Assembly: GCA_965203355.1 (NCBI GenBank)
Contig: OZ241889.1
Coordinates: 2,624,001-2,688,000 of the forward strand
Origin: Candidatus Latescibacterota bacterium
GTDB taxonomy: Bacteria; Latescibacterota; UBA2968; UBA8231
Direction of reading: 5' to 3'
Length of the DNA stretch: 64,000 nucleotides
The notes beneath the pieces are model-generated. The model was not told the DNA's origin and ran no database searches. It saw only the letters and a program-made list of their open reading frames with translations. Every line of letters starts with the position of its first letter. Positions within the stretch are counted from its first letter, which is position 1. Made by a program: the position numbers and the translations under genes. Below, one piece after another: positions 57,846 to 64,000 of the stretch.

Positions 57846-58592
57846 ATGAGGATACGGAACATCGCAACGAGCGGACTTTTGTCGGCTCTTTATCTGTTCG
57901 CGCTTGTCGGGTGCATCTCACAGGTGGGGCTGCGGCGCTTTGCAACGTTTCCCGAACCCATTCCGCAACAAGACCCGGCCATGACCGTCCTCGACGACGG
58001 GGCGATTGTCTATGCCAAGGATCGCTTGGAGATCTCGCTACAGGTGTTGGATGACGGATTCCTCAATCGCCAGTTCGCGGCCAGTTCAAGGAAGGGTACT
58101 GAATCGACCAATCCATACACGTATGGCAATTGGAAGCCTTGGGGCCAAGACTGGACGCCAGCGCGCTTTACCGTGGTCTTGCTGAAGGTCAAAAACTACG
58201 AGTATCCCAAGGTTTTCATCGACCCCAAATCGCTCGTGATCACCACGTCGAACAATCGAGTGTACAATGCGCTCGATGGCGGACTGCTCGAAGATCACTT
58301 CAGCCCGTATCTGCGCGCTTATGCTGGCAACCAGCGGCAGCAGTTTGAGGCTACCACCGACCTGCTCAAAAGCACGGTCTATCCGCCTGACATGGTGTTT
58401 TCTGGCCAAGAGTCAGAAGGATATGTCGTCTTTCCGGTGTTGCACCGAGACGTGAGCCATTTCACGATCAACGTGCCAGACATGGCCGTGCGTTTCGACT
58501 ACAAGGGCGAACCGGTGGAGACCATTGACTTAGCATTTAAGTTCCAACGCGAAGTGTACTACGCTCTTCATCCCCGGGTGGAGACGCCGTGA
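57846..58592 (+). CDS. Hypothetical lipoprotein
   Basis: Signal peptide with lipobox LVGC; NPYTYGNW; beta-rich. Confidence 0.75.
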   Translation: MRIRNIATSGLLSALYLFALVGCISQVGLRRFATFPEPIPQQDPAMTVLDDGAIVYAKDRLEISLQVLDDGFLNRQFAASSRKGTESTNPYTYGNWKPWGQDWTPARFTVVLLKVKNYEYPKVFIDPKSLVITTSNNRVYNALDGGLLEDHFSPYLRAYAGNQRQQFEATTDLLKSTVYPPDMVFSGQESEGYVVFPVLHRDVSHFTINVPDMAVRFDYKGEPVETIDLAFKFQREVYYALHPRVETP

Positions 58593-60559
58593 TGAATCGA
58601 GGGAGGGCCGCCCGTATGGCCGTGCTGTTGTGCGCCTCGTGCGTTTGGCCCCCGTGGCTTGCTGCAGACGAATGGGTGCTTGGCGGCAGCGGTGGATTTC
58701 CCTGGGGGGATCTCGTCGAGGTTCGCGCCCAAATCGACGACCAAAGTAGCCCCGGCGCGATTCAGGTCCGCGGCTTTACGCCGGACGATAACATCATTAC
58801 CTCCCTCTCTTGGTCCTACGGCAAGCCCAACGACTTGGTCAGCGAAGGCAATGCGGTGCTGTGGGATAACACAGCGGCGAGGAATCCCATTTCGCTGTCG
58901 ATCGTCGATGGCGACGACACCACAAGCACGGCAGACCTCTTTAAAACCGCTGGCGTCGATCAAGACGGGCGCACCTTCTTTTTTGATATGGGCTCGCGCG
59001 TACCAGCCGATAGCTTGGTCTTCTTCCCCCGGCAAGAGGGGACCTACGCCAACGGCAAGCCCTTTAGCGAGGACTTTGTTCGCAAGCACCGGATTTCCGT
59101 CAGCGATGGGCTTACGTACGTGAACGAACAGCCGCTCTTCACCTTACTGCGCGACGTCCCGGTGAACCCCAACAGCGTGTTCACCATGAAATTTCCCCAG
59201 CAATTCATTCGCTTCATTCAGTTGCGCGTGGGGTCGCGGAGTCCCTTTGAGCTGGCCGAATTTGAACTCTACGGTAACGGCTTCGTGCCGCGAGCAACGT
59301 ACCGGAGCCAAGTCATCGACTTGGGCGAGGTCTCCAACTACGGCACCATATCTTGGGCCCAGCGGGCCTTAGAACTGGTGGACGGTGCGTTGATCGAGTT
59401 GCCGGACTTGGGGCGGACCGCGGTCGCGGTGCGCATGAAGACCGGGCAAGACGACAGCCCGTTGGTTCACTTCAAAAAGGTCATTGACGACGAAACGCGA
59501 GCGGTCAGCCAAGTAGTGGTCTCGGAAGCGGATTACAACAAACTGTCTTCGGGCGAGAAGGGCGATATCGAGGACGACGTCGACAACTGGAGTCCTTGGT
59601 CGTTGCCGCTCGAATCTGGCGAGTTGATCCCATTGCCCAGTCCGCGTCCCTATTTTCAGCTGCAGATTATCATGGAGAGCCAAGCCGTGACGCAGACGGT
59701 GCGCATTGACTCGTTGCGGATTGAGCATTCGCTGCCCTCGGCTGCTGTAGTTGTCGGTGAGATATCCTTGGCTGACGAGCCCAACCCACCGGCCGACATC
59801 GGCGTAATCGACAAAGATGACGCCGTTGTGCTGCCGAGCATTGACGGGGGAGAAGAGGTGCTCTTCGCCTATGACGTGCGCGCCACGATAAACGACAACC
59901 AGAACGGCTTTGATGCTTTGCGCATCGACACGCCGACGCCTGCGCGCTTTGTCGGTCTGCAAATGGGCGATCCGCTCGAGCCTGTGGAACCCGATCGCGT
60001 GCGTGCGGGCGACAGAAGCCTCGAAGTGATTTTCACTAGCAATAAGATCTCTTTTGACAACAATGTGCCGCTGCGGGTGCTCTTTGAGGGATCAACCGTG
60101 GTGTTCGGCACGATTTTTACTGGTACGGTCTGGGATACTCAGTCCGACATTCTCGGCCAGCCCGTGCTCGAAGGCGATGCCAATTTCGACGTCAGCACCA
60201 ACTCGCTGCGCGTGGCTTTGACTCAGCAGTCCGTGGGCGAAATCGTCCGCGCTATAGAGTTTAATCCTGCGGTCTTCACGCCGAATGGGGATGGCATCAA
60301 CGACCATATCGCCATCCAGTACACTGTCATCCAGATTTCCGAGCCTAAGCCCATTGAGGTGGCCATTTACGATTTGGCCGGTCGGCTGGTGCGCGTGCTG
60401 GCCGACCGAGAGCAGCCCGGCGGGATTTACACCGAGATGTGGGATGGGCGGAGCGATGCCGACGAGGCCGTGCCTCCGGGTAGTTACGTGGTCTCGCTCT
60501 CGGTTGACAGCGGGGTCGGCCACTTCAGGCGAGTCGGCGCGGTCGGCGTGGTCTATTAA
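58589..60559 (+). CDS. Secreted protein with discoidin/CBM-like region and C-terminal FlgD-Ig domain
   Basis: Signal peptide; RFIQL...E.ELYG; FTPNGDGIND, IYDLAGRLVR, WDGR, PPGSY. Confidence 0.85.
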   Translation: MMNRGRAARMAVLLCASCVWPPWLAADEWVLGGSGGFPWGDLVEVRAQIDDQSSPGAIQVRGFTPDDNIITSLSWSYGKPNDLVSEGNAVLWDNTAARNPISLSIVDGDDTTSTADLFKTAGVDQDGRTFFFDMGSRVPADSLVFFPRQEGTYANGKPFSEDFVRKHRISVSDGLTYVNEQPLFTLLRDVPVNPNSVFTMKFPQQFIRFIQLRVGSRSPFELAEFELYGNGFVPRATYRSQVIDLGEVSNYGTISWAQRALELVDGALIELPDLGRTAVAVRMKTGQDDSPLVHFKKVIDDETRAVSQVVVSEADYNKLSSGEKGDIEDDVDNWSPWSLPLESGELIPLPSPRPYFQLQIIMESQAVTQTVRIDSLRIEHSLPSAAVVVGEISLADEPNPPADIGVIDKDDAVVLPSIDGGEEVLFAYDVRATINDNQNGFDALRIDTPTPARFVGLQMGDPLEPVEPDRVRAGDRSLEVIFTSNKISFDNNVPLRVLFEGSTVVFGTIFTGTVWDTQSDILGQPVLEGDANFDVSTNSLRVALTQQSVGEIVRAIEFNPAVFTPNGDGINDHIAIQYTVIQISEPKPIEVAIYDLAGRLVRVLADREQPGGIYTEMWDGRSDADEAVPPGSYVVSLSVDSGVGHFRRVGAVGVVY

Positions 60560-63231
60560 TGGCGCTTGACCGACAAAAATTCAAAAGGGAGGGTTACAGC
60601 GTGAGGTCCATGATCTACGCAGTAGTTATCACGGCCGGCGTCGCGTTCCTGTGCGATGCCGCTTTTGCCCAACGGGTTGGCTTTCTGACTGGACGCGAAC
60701 CGCGCGGCGTGGATGTCTATGAGATGGCGATGACTCCAGCCCAGCGGAAGTGGCAATATCCGCAAAGCCTATACCACTTCTATCGTTGGACCGGCGAGGA
60801 ATACAGCAATTACGCCCGTCAAAACTACGAGCGCTACGTATCTACCGAGCTTGAAGGCTTTCGCACTTACGATCTCTACGGGAACTACATCACGCGTGGT
60901 TTTGAGGTGTACAACTGGTCCATGGACAGTCCCGTGACTTCGGGTAGCACGGTCCGCAAGGGGCCCAAGTACAGTGGGTGGTTTCGCAGCTTAATCGTCT
61001 CGTCGATGTCCAAAGGGCAGTTTTATTCTTCGATGACCATTAGCGATGCCCTGCGCACCACCCTGACGCCGCTGACCTTTTCCAAGCCGGCCTTCAACGG
61101 GGTGCAATGGGATTTTGCCGCTGATAAGTACCAGATGACACTCTTGGCGTCGCGCTTGGCTTCCCCGGGTTCAGCCGTGCAATACGAAAACTCACTCGGC
61201 CAGATCTTGGGCGACATGACGAATCTCTTCGGCGCACACTCCAAGGTCCAGCTCGGGGATTTTTCCAAGTTGGGCTTTACCTATCTGAACATTGCCAACT
61301 TTTCCACAGGTCGCAAATTAGGCGACAACTCGCTCAAAGGCGTGCTGACCGAGGCCCAAAACGGCGGCAATGTCGAGACAATCGTCCTGCGGCTCTCGGA
61401 CGATTCGCCCGAAGACGGCGTAGGCGGTGCTCAGCTTTTTGCCGAGCGCATTATCATCAACGGGGTCGATCATCCCGAAATTGTCCCCTCGCCGCGCGGT
61501 GGTGTGCGGCGCGCCGGCGTCATTGAGGCCAATGGGGCGGAGACATTAGAGCTGACTTACAACATCGCCCGCGACTTCCGCCAACAGCCCGACGACGAGA
61601 TCACCACGTTTCAGGAGATCCGCGAAATTGAGTTCGAGTTGGTCATCGCCAATGATTACCGAGTCGAAATCACCTCGAACCTCCAAGTCAATGCTCAAGG
61701 CGAGCCTGTGTTCTTGGAAGTCGAGCGCGCCCACGGCAACGTCAGCGATGGCTCCAACCAGCGCTTCATCCGCTTTGAATACGGCCTGCCGACCGGCAAG
61801 GACATCATTGGCTTCAACTTTGACATAGACGATATCAAGGGCTTCAATATGCGCTCGGAGCTTGCTTTCAGCCGGGCGTTTCGCCGCTTCCCCAATCAGA
61901 ACTTCCAAGATCACGCCCTCGCCCAAGACGAGGGCATGGCCTACTACATCACGGCCTCGCAGGATGCGTATCCGTTTTTCGCGTACGGAGAACTCTATCG
62001 GCTGGAGCCTGAGTACCGCACCAATGCGTTTATCTCGGATGCGCGGGGTTTCATCGATTACGAACACCCAGAGCGCTATTCCTTTGAGGCGGTTGACGAC
62101 AACGACGACCAAGATCGCTTTGCCGACTGGAAGCGCCTGTGGCAAAACGGCGACAACGCCTTTGGTGAATCGCCTTTTGGCACAGGTGGTGCAGCCGACC
62201 CAGAGGTCTTCCCCGGGTACGACGAGAACTCGGACTTCATCTCGGACTTTAACCAGAACGGCAATAGCCAGCCGGATTTCGCCGAGCCGTTTCTGCGCTA
62301 CAACGTCGATCCACCTGAGTTTCTCTTTGGCGTTGACATGAACAACAACAACGTCATCGATCGCTTTGAGAACGACACCTTTGCCGATTATCCCTACCGA
62401 CACGACCGCGATGGCTACAACGTGTACGGAGGCGTTCACTTGACCGAAGCCATCAAAGTGACGCTGGGCCACTCCACGGCCGACGAGATTAGCTCCAAGC
62501 GCAACGCGCAGATGAGCTATGCGGTTGTCACGGGCGAGTGGAAATGGCCGGGCATTGAGGCGCGGGCCTTCCAATACGCTCGCTCGGTCCAAGACGACAT
62601 CGAAGACGATGTGATACAATGGGTCGATCCAGATGGATTTCGCGAAACCATTGACCCGCTGATCGCCCAAGACACCTTTGTCTGGACCGGCTATCTGACG
62701 TTCGACTACCTGCGCCTCAAAAACCTGAATATCTACAACAAGGTGAAGTACGACTGGTTTAATCAGCGCGGTGAGCAAGCCGAGGCCAAAGACAATCGCC
62801 TCTTTTTTGGCGCGATCAACAAGGTGGATTATCCGCTGCCGATTACCGACAATCTGTCTTTTTGGCCGCGCTACAAGAGCGTCTTCCGCAAGATCAACCC
62901 GACCTCTAGCACTGACCTCGACATCACCGAGTGGTCGCAGTTTTACATGCTGACCTCAAAGTACTTCATCCTGCCTGAAACCTTTATCGAATACGGCGTC
63001 GAGCTCAATCTCTTCCGCAACCTCGAAGAGCGCCCGGAGATCTTGCCGCCCGGCTACGTCGATGATTTCACGGGTTCGGTACTCGCCTTGCAGTTTTCCA
63101 ACAAGTCGGCGTACCACGGTTATGCACTCACGATGAACACTGGTTTTCGCTGGGAGCGTCAGGCCTTTGCCGAAGCGACCGAAACGAACACCTTGCTCTT
63201 CATTCGGGCTTTCGTAGGTGTCCAAGAGTAG
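60559..63231 (+). CDS. Large secreted, probable outer-membrane protein with Asp-rich Ca-binding-like motifs
   Basis: Signal peptide (start may be 60601/60610); DDNDDQD, DENSD..D, DMNNNN.ID; aromatic amphipathic C-terminal strands. Confidence 0.75.
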   Translation: MALDRQKFKREGYSVRSMIYAVVITAGVAFLCDAAFAQRVGFLTGREPRGVDVYEMAMTPAQRKWQYPQSLYHFYRWTGEEYSNYARQNYERYVSTELEGFRTYDLYGNYITRGFEVYNWSMDSPVTSGSTVRKGPKYSGWFRSLIVSSMSKGQFYSSMTISDALRTTLTPLTFSKPAFNGVQWDFAADKYQMTLLASRLASPGSAVQYENSLGQILGDMTNLFGAHSKVQLGDFSKLGFTYLNIANFSTGRKLGDNSLKGVLTEAQNGGNVETIVLRLSDDSPEDGVGGAQLFAERIIINGVDHPEIVPSPRGGVRRAGVIEANGAETLELTYNIARDFRQQPDDEITTFQEIREIEFELVIANDYRVEITSNLQVNAQGEPVFLEVERAHGNVSDGSNQRFIRFEYGLPTGKDIIGFNFDIDDIKGFNMRSELAFSRAFRRFPNQNFQDHALAQDEGMAYYITASQDAYPFFAYGELYRLEPEYRTNAFISDARGFIDYEHPERYSFEAVDDNDDQDRFADWKRLWQNGDNAFGESPFGTGGAADPEVFPGYDENSDFISDFNQNGNSQPDFAEPFLRYNVDPPEFLFGVDMNNNNVIDRFENDTFADYPYRHDRDGYNVYGGVHLTEAIKVTLGHSTADEISSKRNAQMSYAVVTGEWKWPGIEARAFQYARSVQDDIEDDVIQWVDPDGFRETIDPLIAQDTFVWTGYLTFDYLRLKNLNIYNKVKYDWFNQRGEQAEAKDNRLFFGAINKVDYPLPITDNLSFWPRYKSVFRKINPTSSTDLDITEWSQFYMLTSKYFILPETFIEYGVELNLFRNLEERPEILPPGYVDDFTGSVLALQFSNKSAYHGYALTMNTGFRWERQAFAEATETNTLLFIRAFVGVQE

Positions 63232-63257
63232 GGGTTGCCGTATTTTTTTGTGGACCC

Positions 63258-63300
63258 AAAGCGCCCGGCGTTCTCTAGCGGAGATGCCGGGCGCTTTATT
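63258..63300 (+). terminator. Stem-loop, terminator-like, after the OM protein gene
   Basis: AAAGCGCCCGGC / GCCGGGCGCTTT then ATT. Confidence 0.7.
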
Positions 63301-64000
63301 GCCTATTGCCGTGGCGTGGCTAGGGCTAGTCGTCCTCCTGGGGGGCGGCTGTGGTTCCGCGGAACGCCACATCCTCAAAAAGCCCGCCACGCCCCAACCT
63401 CTCGCGTTCTATCAACGCGCCTACGAGCAAGACCCCACGGACCCAGCGGTGCTGTTGGCCTTGGGATGGCTTTACCTGCAAAAGGACCGCACGCGCCGTG
63501 CGGCCGCCGTGCTGGCCGAGCTGGTTGCGGTCGCGCCCGACGACGCGGATGCTCACTACTATCTCGGCGTTGCTCTCGCCAAAGAACACCGCAAGAGCGA
63601 GGCCATAGCCGCCCTTAAATACGCCCTTGAAAAGGCACCGGGCTTTGCCGAGGTGTACTGGGCCTTAGCGCTGCTGTACAACGAGCGCGGCGATGGGTAC
63701 GAAGAGGCGCTTGCAGCGGCCGAAGAGGGGCTGCAGCTAGCTGGACAGAGCGGTTATGGGCACTTCGTGTTGGGTTTTGTGCTGTGTTCGCGTGGCGACA
63801 ATGAAAACGCCAAGACCGTGCTGTTGAAGGCTATTGAACTCGACCCGGACTTGGCCCACGCCCACTACTACTTGGCGTTGGTGTACTTGCGCTTACAGGA
63901 CGAGCCGCGCGCCATGGCAGCGATGGAACGGACCATTGCCGCGGACCCAGGTTACACCTCGGCCTATTACAGCTTGGGCACGCTCTATGCGCGCACGGGC
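63284..64000 (+). CDS. TPR-repeat lipoprotein, runs off the window
   Basis: Not in the ORF track; MPGALLPIAVAWLGLVVLLGGGC then TPRs (AHYYLGVAL, KAIELDPDLAHAHYYLA, AYYSLG). Confidence 0.85.
   Translation, partial: MPGALLPIAVAWLGLVVLLGGGCGSAERHILKKPATPQPLAFYQRAYEQDPTDPAVLLALGWLYLQKDRTRRAAAVLAELVAVAPDDADAHYYLGVALAKEHRKSEAIAALKYALEKAPGFAEVYWALALLYNERGDGYEEALAAAEEGLQLAGQSGYGHFVLGFVLCSRGDNENAKTVLLKAIELDPDLAHAHYYLALVYLRLQDEPRAMAAMERTIAADPGYTSAYYSLGTLYARTG

Overview
GC-rich bacterial chromosome segment with about 55 CDS and no rRNA, tRNA, CRISPR array or intact IS element detected. YWTD, ankyrin and TPR proteins, FlgD-Ig secreted proteins and a C-terminal 'AVEADSWGRIK' motif suggest a Latescibacterota/Poribacteria-like, probably sponge-associated organism (inference). 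In order, the window holds: a sugar-acid catabolic operon interrupted by a decayed SfiI/BglI-type restriction-modification (RM) cassette; ispG; surface-glycan genes; a fused indolepyruvate oxidoreductase; an ankyrin islet; a Zn/metal homeostasis island led by a CxxC/RGPP (CruR/DUF2946-like) upstream ORF; a methyltransferase-HNH fusion; groESL behind a consensus sigma54 promoter; heptose-kinase and GT-C glycosylation genes; a decayed HaeII-type RM cassette; a coupled inactive-helicase/helicase/Fe-S-nuclease trio; and a sugar ABC transporter divergent from a four-gene secreted/outer-membrane module. The best candidates for an undescribed system are the split helicase-nuclease trio (47063-52136) and the glycan-capture module with its ABC transporter (52143-63231). 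Family assignments come from motif recognition and recalled homologues; no database search was run.
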